Assembly (NCBI GenBank): GCA_039000165.1 | Contig: JAWBTW010000001.1 | Location: 13,179-77,178 of the forward strand | DNA length: 64,000 nt | Source of the DNA: Candidatus Aenigmatarchaeota archaeon | GTDB taxonomy: Archaea > Aenigmatarchaeota > Aenigmatarchaeia > CG10238-14 > SCSR01 | Reading direction: 5' to 3' | Shown: piece by piece, positions 29,520-37,694 of the stretch | Layout of the letters: each line of letters opens with the position of its first letter | How positions within the stretch are numbered: position 1 is the first letter of the stretch | Translations under genes and position numbers: made by a program | The notes under the pieces: model-generated | Seen by the model: the letters and a program-made list of their open reading frames with translations, nothing else | What the model was told of the DNA's origin: nothing | Database searches by the model: none

Positions 29520-30218
29520 TCAAATTATATTGTAAAGTCTTAGAACGATTTGTTTCGAATCTGGTTCAAACAAGCCGTATTTTTCAAGGTTTGAGGAATA
29601 AGAAATGAAAGAATCTTCATAATCTTCAACTTTTTTTCTAAACTCTTCTATCTTATTTTCTTTTATCCATTTTCCAATCTTAATTTTTTCTCCTTCAAAG
29701 CAGCCTGGACAAAGCTCTATTTCCACATACTTTTTATCAACATGTAAAAAAGGATATTTCTTACAAACTCCAGGCCTAACAGGATAAATTTCGCATAAGT
29801 TTGAATTGCTCAGGAAAATGCATTTACCGTCAGGCTTTTGTTTAAGAGTTAGAATATCATCAGAAACTTCAAAGTAGTGCTTGAAGGTTTGTTTTCTATC
29901 AAGGCCGATAAAAGAACAGATTTTTTCAAATTCTTCTGGAAGAACAGAAACTTTCCTTTTGATACAGCAATCGCCATCTTTTATACAATTGAAGTAAAAA
30001 AATTCTTCTTTGTTCAAAATGAGGATTGGGAGGAAAAATTCTCCTGTGTATTGCAATTTTATAAGTTTATCTCTTCCGTAAACTTTTGTTACAAGCTTAC
30101 AAGCTTGTATAGCATACTTGTTTCTTGAAAAGATTGCTGGGTCATTTCGAAAAAGGCCTAATATAGAAAGAGTTCTTAGGATTTCTTCTGGTTTTATCAC
30201 GACTTCAAATTTTTCCAT
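29520..30218 (-). CDS. YkgJ-family (UPF0153) cysteine-cluster protein
   Basis: CIKDGDCCIKRK resembles the CxxCxxCC signature; additional Cys pairs CPGC. Confidence 0.4.
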   Translation of the reverse strand: MEKFEVVIKPEEILRTLSILGLFRNDPAIFSRNKYAIQACKLVTKVYGRDKLIKLQYTGEFFLPILILNKEEFFYFNCIKDGDCCIKRKVSVLPEEFEKICSFIGLDRKQTFKHYFEVSDDILTLKQKPDGKCIFLSNSNLCEIYPVRPGVCKKYPFLHVDKKYVEIELCPGCFEGEKIKIGKWIKENKIEEFRKKVEDYEDSFISYSSNLEKYGLFEPDSKQIVLRLYNII

Positions 30219-30276
30219 AATGAAATTTTAGAAAAAAAGCTTTTAAGATTATAGTAACTCAGATAACTAAGTTCAG

Positions 30277-30421
30277 CGCCGAGGCTGGGATTTGAACCCA
30301 GAAGGGGCAAAGCCCCACCAGCTTTCTCAACTCACCTCCGACTCATCATTAGTCAGAGTCAAGCCATTTTATCATTGAAAGACTCAAGGCTGGCGCGTTA
30401 GCCAGGTTCCGCCACCTCGGC
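30277..30421 (-). tRNA. tRNA-Ser (anticodon UGA) with a 59-nt intron at the canonical 37/38 position
   Basis: Acceptor GCCGAGG/CCUCGGC, G73 discriminator, 3-bp D-stem, long variable arm GGGGCUUUGCCCC, T-arm CUGGGUUCAAAUCCCAG. Anticodon stem CCAGC...GCUGG brackets CUUGAG+intron+A. Confidence 0.8.
30324..30382 (-). ncRNA. Intron of tRNA-Ser carrying a box C/D sRNA-like module (C AUGAUAA, D' CUGA, C' AUGAUGA, D UUGA)
   Basis: Spacing C-12nt-D'-3nt-C'-12nt-D, with 12-nt guide candidates AAUGGCUUGACU and GUCGGAGGUGAG. Internal boxes are canonical; terminal boxes are slightly degenerate. Confidence 0.55.
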
Positions 30422-30516
30422 TTCCTCATCTTTATTCAGACCTTGAGTCTAATTAAAATATGAGTTTTAATTTTAAAATATTAGAACTTAAAAATTAAAT
30501 TTATCAAATTAATTTT

Positions 30517-30876
30517 ATGAGTGCTGTTTTACAAGCTTTAAGTATATTGCTTTTGTTTCTTGGAGAAGCTTTAGCGATTTATTCTGAGATTGCTGGCGCA
30601 AACAAAGTTTTAAATGAGAATAAAATATCAAGCGAAACATTCCTTTGGTTTTTTCTTTTGATAACTATCGCAGGATTACCTTTAATAGCTGGTTATTTTT
30701 TGGGAATAATTGCTTTTAAAAACATTTGGATAGTAAGCGTAGTTTCAATAGTTTCTATTTTGATAGTAGAACCAATTTTAGCCTATTTAATTTTTAAACA
30801 ATTCCCAACTTATGGAGCGTTAATTGGTTTAATTCTAGGTTCAGTTGGTTTGATTATAACCTTAGTTGTAAAGTAG
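30517..30876 (+). CDS. Hypothetical small integral membrane protein (4 predicted TM helices)
   Basis: Hydrophobic throughout, 119 aa. Confidence 0.4.
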   Translation: MSAVLQALSILLLFLGEALAIYSEIAGANKVLNENKISSETFLWFFLLITIAGLPLIAGYFLGIIAFKNIWIVSVVSIVSILIVEPILAYLIFKQFPTYGALIGLILGSVGLIITLVVK

Positions 30877-30906
30877 AAAATTTTTGTAAAATTTAAATAA
30901 GAAAAA

Positions 30907-31155
30907 TTAATCTCTTTTCTTTAAACTTTTGAGAAATTTGACGTAATTCTTTAAAAAAAGAAAATCCCCTAAAATTGTAATTCCTAGCTCTGCCCCAAGA
31001 ATGTATGGATTTTGTTCGGCAGCCCTAAAATATCCTTTTGTTGCTATCTCATAAAACAAAAGGTTTTGAAGAAAAAGAGCGCCACCTGTTATACTATAAT
31101 AAGCTATGTCTAAAATCTTTTCCTTATAATTCTTCAATCTTACTGCTTTTTTCAT
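30907..31155 (-). CDS. Hypothetical protein
   Basis: ORF of 82 aa. Confidence 0.3.
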   Translation of the reverse strand: MKKAVRLKNYKEKILDIAYYSITGGALFLQNLLFYEIATKGYFRAAEQNPYILGAELGITILGDFLFLKNYVKFLKSLKKRD

Positions 31156-31236
31156 GGGAAAAAGTTAAAAACAAAAAAATTTAAGCTTTTTTTGCTTCTC
31201 GGAAATAAAAAATACCATAAAAGTTAATTTTAATTT

Positions 31237-31884
31237 ATGAATGAATTTTTGCTTAACAGGTTTTTAATTCCTTTGGTTTTAACTGCAATTTTCTTTTATT
31301 TTCAAGCTTATTGGAAAAATTTGGAAAATTTTCTCAAAAAAAGAATTAAAAATAAAAGGAAGCTTGAAACCTTTTTGTTTTTATTAGATTGCTTAAAAGT
31401 TAAGAGAGCAAGTTTAAAAAGAATTGTTTTTGTTCCTGTAGTTTATTCTATCCTGCTTGAAGTTTTTCTTTCTTTAATTTTTCATAGCCCTTTGCACGGA
31501 TTTTTTGAGCCAGTTTGGTTTGCAGGTTTGACCTCTGGCTTTCTTTCTCCAATTGCTGAAGAATTTTTAACAAGAGCTGTATTTCTTGGCTTTTGTGGTT
31601 CAGGCTTACTAGCTGTTTTAAAGTTGAGAGGAGTGAAATTTAACAGAGAAAAAGAGTATGCTTATTATTTTGTATGGCTTCTTATTTCCTCGCTTGTTTT
31701 TGTTCTTGCTCATGAAAATTTTACTCTTTTCCAGTTTATTCTTAGGTTTTCTCTTTCTATGCTTTACGGAATTCTTTACTTAGTTAACAGAAGAAATGTT
31801 TTACCCAGCATAGTAGCTCATGCTAGTGCTAACTGGTTTATAATCTTGAAGGATTATATACTTGGGTTTGAAAGTATTATTTAA
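31237..31884 (+). CDS. CPBP-family (CAAX/Abi) intramembrane metalloprotease
   Basis: EEFLTRAVFLG (EExxxR), FVLAHENF and HASANW motifs. Confidence 0.7.
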   Translation: MNEFLLNRFLIPLVLTAIFFYFQAYWKNLENFLKKRIKNKRKLETFLFLLDCLKVKRASLKRIVFVPVVYSILLEVFLSLIFHSPLHGFFEPVWFAGLTSGFLSPIAEEFLTRAVFLGFCGSGLLAVLKLRGVKFNREKEYAYYFVWLLISSLVFVLAHENFTLFQFILRFSLSMLYGILYLVNRRNVLPSIVAHASANWFIILKDYILGFESII

Positions 31885-31894
31885 AGTAAGTTTT

Positions 31895-32179
31895 TCACTC
31901 CCTCACTATTCTTCCACTTCTTGGTACAGAAACCTGAAGCTTATCCCTAAACTCAGTAACAAAAGCTCCTGTTATTGAAACAGTATCACCTATGCTTACA
32001 GCTTTTATTTGCTCTCCCCATAAGGTTAAAGTTACTTGCCCAGTTTCATCTTCAATAGTAGCGTCGGCAACACTTCTTTTTCCATACCTTGTCATTACTT
32101 CACGCTTATCAGAAATGTCAATAACTTTTGCTCTTAAGCTTACATTACTCATTCCATTTTTTAACTCGTTTATCTTCAT
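31895..32179 (-). CDS. OB-fold nucleic-acid-binding protein (SSB/RPA-like single domain)
   Basis: KVIDISDKREVMTRYGKRSVADATIEDETGQVTLTLWGEQ...GDTVSITGAFVTEF pattern. Confidence 0.55.
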   Translation of the reverse strand: MKINELKNGMSNVSLRAKVIDISDKREVMTRYGKRSVADATIEDETGQVTLTLWGEQIKAVSIGDTVSITGAFVTEFRDKLQVSVPRSGRIVRE

Positions 32180-32183
32180 TCTT

Positions 32184-32384
32184 TCACAATTTTAAATCGT
32201 GTTTAAAGTTATTAAGCTTTGCTTTCTCTAAAGGCCAGGCATCTTCTAAAAGCAGGTCAGGAACGTTTTCTAGAACAGGAAAAGCAAGCTCGCATTTTTT
32301 GCAAACCAAAAACATTTCCCTTTCTTCTATCTTTTCCTTACATTTTGGACAAGCCAAAATTTCTAAAAGCTCTTTTGGAAGCAT
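32184..32384 (-). CDS. Trm112-like small zinc-finger protein
   Basis: LLEILACPKCKEKI...LVCKKCELAFPVLENVPDLL. Confidence 0.6.
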   Translation of the reverse strand: MLPKELLEILACPKCKEKIEEREMFLVCKKCELAFPVLENVPDLLLEDAWPLEKAKLNNFKHDLKL

Positions 32385-32418
32385 AAGGATTATTTGAAAA
32401 TTTAAAAATAAAACTTTT

Positions 32419-33406
32419 TTATTTGAAACTTGGATAAGTTCCAGGTTTTATGAAAACCTTATCAGTTTTTATTGCTATCCCTTTTTTCCTTTCAAACATT
32501 TCCTCGCTATTCAAAACAGCTTTTCCTAAGGCAACTAACTCTTCTTTCAAAGAATAAACAGCTACTATTTCATTTTTCTCTATTCCTTCTTGAATTCTTG
32601 TTAAGCCTGAGCAGAAAACTGGCGCTCCATGACAAATTGAATCGACAGCAGAATCTTTAACAAAAACTCTTTTTAAGTGCAAAACAGCAAACTCAACAGG
32701 AATCAAAATTTCTTTTAAAAATTTTTCATTTCCTTCTTTCCAAAATTCATAAGCATCCCTAATCTCCACTAAGGAATGAGCCTGCTCTTCAGTAAAATTT
32801 CCTGCTTTTGTCCTTCTTAGCTCAGTTAAATGAGCTCCTATTCCTAAGCTTAAGCCTAAATCGCTAACAAGCTTTCTTATATAAACTCCAGCTTGGCATC
32901 CAACTTTAAACAAAACATCCTTTCCTTCAATTTCCAAAATATCAAAAAAATAAACTTTTTTTTCTCTTGGTTTTCTTGCAACTGCACTTCTTACAGGCGG
33001 GACTTGAACTATTTTCCCAACAAACTTTTTTACTCCTTCTCTTAAAATTTCTTCATCAACTTGCTTGTGTAAGTGCATCACTCCTACGTATTCTTTATCT
33101 AAACCTAAAAGCACACTCATAGCTTTTGTTGCGTTATCTAAGGCTACAGGTAAAACTCCGGTCACGCCAGGATTTCCTCAAAGTTCTAAGGTCCCAGCAT
33201 GACCAGCCTTTTTTGCTTGAAATATTTCCTTTACCCACTGAGTTACTTGATGGCTTGTTGGTCCTGCATGCTTATCAACTATTATCACTGAATTTTTTAT
33301 TTGCTCTTCTATGCTTCTCTCGCTAGGTCTTTTACCATAACTTTCGTCAGTTTCTTCCTCTGCTTTAATCAGCCAGATTTTTTCACCCCCTTGACTTTAA
33401 GGCCAT
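32419..33406 (-). CDS. cbf5: tRNA/rRNA pseudouridine synthase Cbf5 (dyskerin homologue with PUA domain). Interrupted by a 12-nt insertion with in-frame TGA at 33173-33184 (putative mini-intron) and by a C5 homopolymer frameshift at 33386-33390 near the N-terminus.
   Basis: Colinear with archaeal Cbf5 from the N-terminus (MALKSRGEKIWLIK...VIIVDKHAGPTSH) through ...KAGHAGTL[ins]PGVTGVLPVALDNAT to the C-terminal PUA domain. Deleting 33173-33184 restores GTLDPGVTG. Confidence 0.8.
33173..33184 (-). other. Putative 12-nt BHB-type mini-intron in the cbf5 mRNA (ACUUUGAGGAAA), containing an in-frame UGA
   Basis: Deleting it converts GTL-EL*GN-PGVTG into the universally conserved catalytic GTLDPGVTG. 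The insertion is not at a homopolymer. Confidence 0.4.
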
Positions 33407-34319
33407 GCGCAAAAAACTCTTTTATCATAAGAAAAACAAAGACTATAGCTGCTATAAGAATTACTAGAAAAACTGGAAACAGTTGAGAGGAAATTTTCCA
33501 ATTTCCTATGGTAATTTCAGGGAATTGGATATTGCCAATAGACCAAGTTGGAAATTGGATTTCGCCTTGAGGTTTTTGAGTTTGAGTTGTAATTTTTTTA
33601 ACTTTTATGCTAAAAGGAAAGGTAAAGTTACACTCTCTACTAGTTACGTTTAAAACAAAAGAATAATACTTGTCCTCAGTTAAATTTGGTGTTACAAAAT
33701 CAAACTTTATGTCAACATAACCAAAAGGAGGAAGGGAAACTAATTCTAAAGGTTTAGGATAAACTTTAAGCTCAGAAAAAATTGAGTAGTTTAAGCCAAA
33801 TAAACTGTTACCTAAGTTTGTCATTCTTACGGAATAATTTATTGTTTGAGAAGAGTTAAACTCCTGAGCTTGTAGACTAAAGTTTACATTGCAAGAAAGG
33901 TTCTGTGAAGTTTCATTCCTCACATTTGTTATATTTGTTGTGTTTTTAATAACAATAAAATCTAGGAAAGGTTCAACAGTTACCGAAGTTCCGTTTATAT
34001 CTTCAGCAGTGATGTTTGCTAACACATAGTAGCCTTCTTTTTCTTTTATTGAAGAAAACCATAAACCATTTCTGTTTGTCCCTATTTCAAGGCTAAGATT
34101 AATGATTTTATAGCCAACTACCTTAAAATCTAGAGTATGAGTTAAAAGAGTTGCATAAACTTTTGTTACGTTAGTATCAGAAGTAACATTAGCTGAGAGA
34201 ATTAAAGAAGTGTTTTCATAAACTATTCCTTTAGGAGTGAGTCTGTAGGAGTTTATAGAAATGGCTTGAGAAACTGGAATTAAAAGGAAAAAAATTAAGA
34301 GCAAGAGTGACTTCTTCAT
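33369..34319 (-). CDS. Secreted surface protein with C-terminal TM anchor, many N-glycosylation sequons (paralogue 3 of 3)
   Basis: Signal peptide MKKSLLLLIFFLLIPVSQA, about 20 NxS/T sequons, C-terminal TM segment plus a basic tail. Confidence 0.6.
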   Translation of the reverse strand: MKKSLLLLIFFLLIPVSQAISINSYRLTPKGIVYENTSLILSANVTSDTNVTKVYATLLTHTLDFKVVGYKIINLSLEIGTNRNGLWFSSIKEKEGYYVLANITAEDINGTSVTVEPFLDFIVIKNTTNITNVRNETSQNLSCNVNFSLQAQEFNSSQTINYSVRMTNLGNSLFGLNYSIFSELKVYPKPLELVSLPPFGYVDIKFDFVTPNLTEDKYYSFVLNVTSRECNFTFPFSIKVKKITTQTQKPQGEIQFPTWSIGNIQFPEITIGNWKISSQLFPVFLVILIAAIVFVFLMIKEFFAHGLKVKGVKKSG

Positions 34320-34344
34320 AATTACTTTTTTGTTAAACTTGGAA

Positions 34345-35181
34345 TTATTTCTTTCCTTTTTTAGGTTTTGTCCAAAATCTTATCGCAACAACAATTATTG
34401 CCACGATTGCTAATATAATAGTTGCTAAAAGTTGTGGGCTGCTTGTTATTAAACCAAATAAACCTGTTGGAATTGGTGCTATTATCTCCTCTTGATAAGG
34501 AGTAATTTTGCTGCTTTTTGCTTCTAGTTGATAGGTTTTTCCTTTAACCTTGAAGGATACCTTTGCTATTATTTCCCCTTCTTCTAATGAAGGATAAACC
34601 GAAAAGTAAGAGACTTTTGTTTCACCTGGTTTGATTTCTTGAGTTACTTGTGAGGGAGTATAATTCCATGTTTCTGGAACACTTAAGTTTAGAGACACAC
34701 TTACAGTTTCTGATTCTTCATTTTTAATTCCAATTCCAAAACTAAACTTTTTATCTGCTAATACAGACTCAGGCTCTATTAAATATTCAACACTTACTTT
34801 CGGAACCTCTTCCTTTTTAACTTCTAAGTCAACTGTTTTTATGTCATAAAATCTTGGAGAAGATAGCTTTACGTATAGCTTGTAATTTCCTTCGAGATAA
34901 CTTGGAATTGTTAAATTAACCTCAATATCTTTTGTTTCTTTTGGTTGAAGCTCAAAAGATTTTGGAAAAATTGTAGCACCAGAGATTCCGCTTACTTCTA
35001 ATGTTAAGTTTGCAAGAGTTGAATTGAGCAAGTTTGTTGCTTGAACTTTAAAGCTTACCGTAGAGCCTGCGTTTACGCTTAAATTTTGTGGGACTGAAAG
35101 CTTAAAAGGAAGAAAGAAGTATGCTCTAACTAAAGGTAAAGATAGTAAAATTGCAGCTGCGAGTATTATAAACTTTTTCAT
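34345..35181 (-). CDS. Secreted surface protein with C-terminal TM anchor (paralogue 2 of 3)
   Basis: Signal peptide; beta-sandwich-like repeat similar to 35178-36092 (NEESETVSVSLNLSVPETW versus ENKGSVEEEIKIYLKLPQQW); C-terminal TM segment ending KPKKGKK. Confidence 0.6.
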   Translation of the reverse strand: MKKFIILAAAILLSLPLVRAYFFLPFKLSVPQNLSVNAGSTVSFKVQATNLLNSTLANLTLEVSGISGATIFPKSFELQPKETKDIEVNLTIPSYLEGNYKLYVKLSSPRFYDIKTVDLEVKKEEVPKVSVEYLIEPESVLADKKFSFGIGIKNEESETVSVSLNLSVPETWNYTPSQVTQEIKPGETKVSYFSVYPSLEEGEIIAKVSFKVKGKTYQLEAKSSKITPYQEEIIAPIPTGLFGLITSSPQLLATIILAIVAIIVVAIRFWTKPKKGKK

Positions 35182-36092
35182 GCTGTTTCACCCTTTTTCA
35201 TAGTTTCTTCCTTTTTCCTTATTTCCTTAGATTTATACATACCATAAATGTTCCAGGCTATGATGATTAAAAAGATTATGTTTAAAACTATAAGAACTGG
35301 TGAAATTTCCTGAATCGCAGCTAAATAGCTTGTTATTTCTTCCTCAGGAAATTCTTCTTCAGGTTTAAATGAAATGGGGGTTAAAATTGGCCCAAGTTTT
35401 GTAAAATTGGCCAATTCTCCCTTATAAGGATATTCAAGTACTATTGAAACACTTCCTGTTATGTTTGAGGGGGTAATGTTAAAGGTTAGAGTGGAAGCCT
35501 CACCTGGTTTAAGTTTTAAAGATTTAATTCCATCTTCATAAACCCATTGTTGAGGGAGTTTTAAGTAAATTTTTATTTCTTCTTCAACACTTCCTTTATT
35601 CTCTATGGTAACGTTCAAAGGAAAGCTTTGGTTTTCTATTATAGTTTGCGGGACTATTATTCTTGAAAGAGAAAATTCTGCCTTTGGCTTTGCTCTAATT
35701 TTTAAAGTTGCTACTCCTTCTGTCCTGTAGGCAGTGTAAGTTTCTTGAGCTATAATAGTTGCTACATAAACCTTTTCTTCTTCTATGTTGTCAGGGATTT
35801 TTATTTTAAGCTGGAATTCTCCTGGTTTAGTGAAAGGAATAACTTCAAAATAATCTGGCTCGATCACGTAAGTAAGAGGCAAGTCTTCAACAAAGACAAA
35901 AACTTTTCTCATCCAAGTTCCTTTTGAAGAAATCTTTCCAGAGACTACTATTTCTTCTCCTGCAAAACCTTCAATCTCTTTTGGCAATGTTACAATCAAT
36001 TTTCTTCTTGTTGGAGATATGGAATTTGCTACCTCAACAAAGGTTAAGCTTACTACCAAACAAGCAATAACAGCTAAGGCTAATTTTTTCAT
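35178..36092 (-). CDS. Secreted surface protein with C-terminal TM anchor (paralogue 1 of 3)
   Basis: Signal peptide MKKLALAVIACLVVSLTFVEVANS, NxS/T sequons, CARDB/DUF11-like beta-sandwich motifs, C-terminal TM segment; 4-nt overlap with the next gene. Confidence 0.6.
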   Translation of the reverse strand: MKKLALAVIACLVVSLTFVEVANSISPTRRKLIVTLPKEIEGFAGEEIVVSGKISSKGTWMRKVFVFVEDLPLTYVIEPDYFEVIPFTKPGEFQLKIKIPDNIEEEKVYVATIIAQETYTAYRTEGVATLKIRAKPKAEFSLSRIIVPQTIIENQSFPLNVTIENKGSVEEEIKIYLKLPQQWVYEDGIKSLKLKPGEASTLTFNITPSNITGSVSIVLEYPYKGELANFTKLGPILTPISFKPEEEFPEEEITSYLAAIQEISPVLIVLNIIFLIIIAWNIYGMYKSKEIRKKEETMKKGETA

Positions 36093-36288
36093 TATTACTT
36101 AATAGTATGCAAAGCTTTTTATTTGCATATGAAAAAACCTTTTTAACTTTTCTGTTTTTTTGTCAAAAAACTTATAAACTTAATCTTTCTTTCATCACCG
36201 ACTGATAAAAAATGTTATATTTTTACCTCGCTCCTTTAGCTAAAATTTTCTAAAACTTGTTTTTAAGTTTTTAATAATTGGTTTTTTT

Positions 36289-36310
36289 TAATTAATAATT
36301 AATTAATATA
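36289..36310. repeat. AT-only imperfect tandem/palindromic element TAATTAATAAT-TAATTAATATA in the divergent promoter region
   Basis: Seen directly in the 262-bp intergenic region between the surface-protein operon and the wHTH gene. Confidence 0.3.
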
Positions 36311-36354
36311 AATCAGAAAAGTTAATTTATAATTAAAGGAAATCGGCATAATAA

Positions 36355-36660
36355 GTGAGAAAAATGCCAAAAAAGGTTTTTGAATATCCAGACGAAGAAA
36401 GACTTGAAATACTTATCCTTGCAAACTCACCTTGCACGCCTACAGAAATACTTGAACTTGAAAACATTCCTATAAGACCTGATACACTAGAAACTATAAA
36501 AAAGAGAATGGACTGGCTTTGTAATCAGGGAAAGGTGAAGAAAAAGAAAATAGCTCAGGGTAACATTTACTGGCATTCTAAAATAGAAGAATTTAAAAAA
36601 AGAATTGTACTTAAATTGACTAAGAAAATAATCTCTGTTCCTGGCAATCATATCGAGTAG
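36355..36660 (+). CDS. Small winged-helix-like DNA-binding protein (putative regulator), divergent from the surface-protein operon
   Basis: 101 aa; basic helix/wing segment NQGKVKKKKIAQGNIYWH. Confidence 0.35.
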   Translation: MRKMPKKVFEYPDEERLEILILANSPCTPTEILELENIPIRPDTLETIKKRMDWLCNQGKVKKKKIAQGNIYWHSKIEEFKKRIVLKLTKKIISVPGNHIE

Positions 36661-37005
36661 CTACTTTTTCTTTTTGGGTTTTTCTTCCTTAGCTTCTTTA
36701 AGTTTTTCTTTCTCCTTTGCTGCTTTTATTTGTCCCTCACTTGGAAACTTAAGCCCAAGCTTGTTTGCTATTTCTGAATTTTTAAAGGCCTGAATAACTT
36801 CTTCGTCGCTAGCATCTTCTTTTATCTCAAGCTTATAAGGTAATGGCTCAAGATGAGCTACATTGCACTTTCTTCTTTTTATTCCTGTTAAAAGTTTTGG
36901 CCCTGTCACTAGAACGAAGCTTTTATCTATTTTCTTTAAAACCACGCAATATTTTCCCGCTTCCCTTCCACTAATTTTCATACAAACTCTTCCAACTTCA
37001 AGCAT
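36661..37005 (-). CDS. rpl14e: Ribosomal protein L14e (KOW domain)
   Basis: GRVCMKISGREAGKYCVVLKKIDKSFVLVTG. Confidence 0.8.
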   Translation of the reverse strand: MLEVGRVCMKISGREAGKYCVVLKKIDKSFVLVTGPKLLTGIKRRKCNVAHLEPLPYKLEIKEDASDEEVIQAFKNSEIANKLGLKFPSEGQIKAAKEKEKLKEAKEEKPKKKK

Positions 37006-37258
37006 TTTCCCACTCCTTCCTTGCCTTTTCCTTTAAAAATTCTTTAAGGCATGCGCTACACAAATAGCCACCGAACATCCTTTCTGGTCTTTTTTCACTT
37101 TTTCCCAATTTTTTCATTTCTGAAGGCGAAAGCCTTTTTATCCCATGTAAAGGCTTTTTACATATTGCGCATTTTGCGATACTTGGTTTTTTCTTTTTTA
37201 AATGGATTACAAGCCTATTTCCAGGAGTTCTAACTTTTACTTTTTTAATGCTACTCAC
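36998..37258 (-). CDS. rpl34e: Ribosomal protein L34e
   Basis: Zn-ribbon CAICKK...CSAC and basic composition, 86 aa. Confidence 0.8.
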   Translation of the reverse strand: MSSIKKVKVRTPGNRLVIHLKKKKPSIAKCAICKKPLHGIKRLSPSEMKKLGKSEKRPERMFGGYLCSACLKEFLKEKARKEWENA

Positions 37259-37694
37259 CTTCCAGTAGTTTTTTTGCTACCCATCCTACTGAAAAAGAAA
37301 CCAATATATACCAAATACTCCAGTTTAGTTTTGAGCCTATAAAGGGAACTTCAAACGGGATTGAAACTGTCATACCACTAAAAGCGTTGCTTAAGAAAGG
37401 TAGAACCGCTATCAATACTAACATAGAAGCTACTAATACTTTAAGGTTTTGACGCATGTATTCTGAGTTAACTTTCAAAAGTTCGTTTAAGTAAAGATTT
37501 ACTTCTTGAGTATTGCCTAAGGCCTGGGCTTTGGTCAGATTTTCCCTTATTTCAATCATTCTTGTTTTTATTTCTTTTAAGACGTCTTTTTTTACCAGAA
37601 TTCTGTTTAGAAGAAGGAGAAATAAAGTGATAGCTGAAGAAATCATTAACAATAAGATATGGGGTTTGTATAATATTTCAAGCATTTTAATCAA
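37251..37694 (-). CDS. DUF106-family membrane protein (archaeal Oxa1/YidC/EMC3-like insertase homologue)
   Basis: 3-TM architecture with a coiled-coil loop; conserved position downstream of secY. Confidence 0.5.
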   Translation of the reverse strand: MIKMLEILYKPHILLLMISSAITLFLLLLNRILVKKDVLKEIKTRMIEIRENLTKAQALGNTQEVNLYLNELLKVNSEYMRQNLKVLVASMLVLIAVLPFLSNAFSGMTVSIPFEVPFIGSKLNWSIWYILVSFSVGWVAKKLLEGE

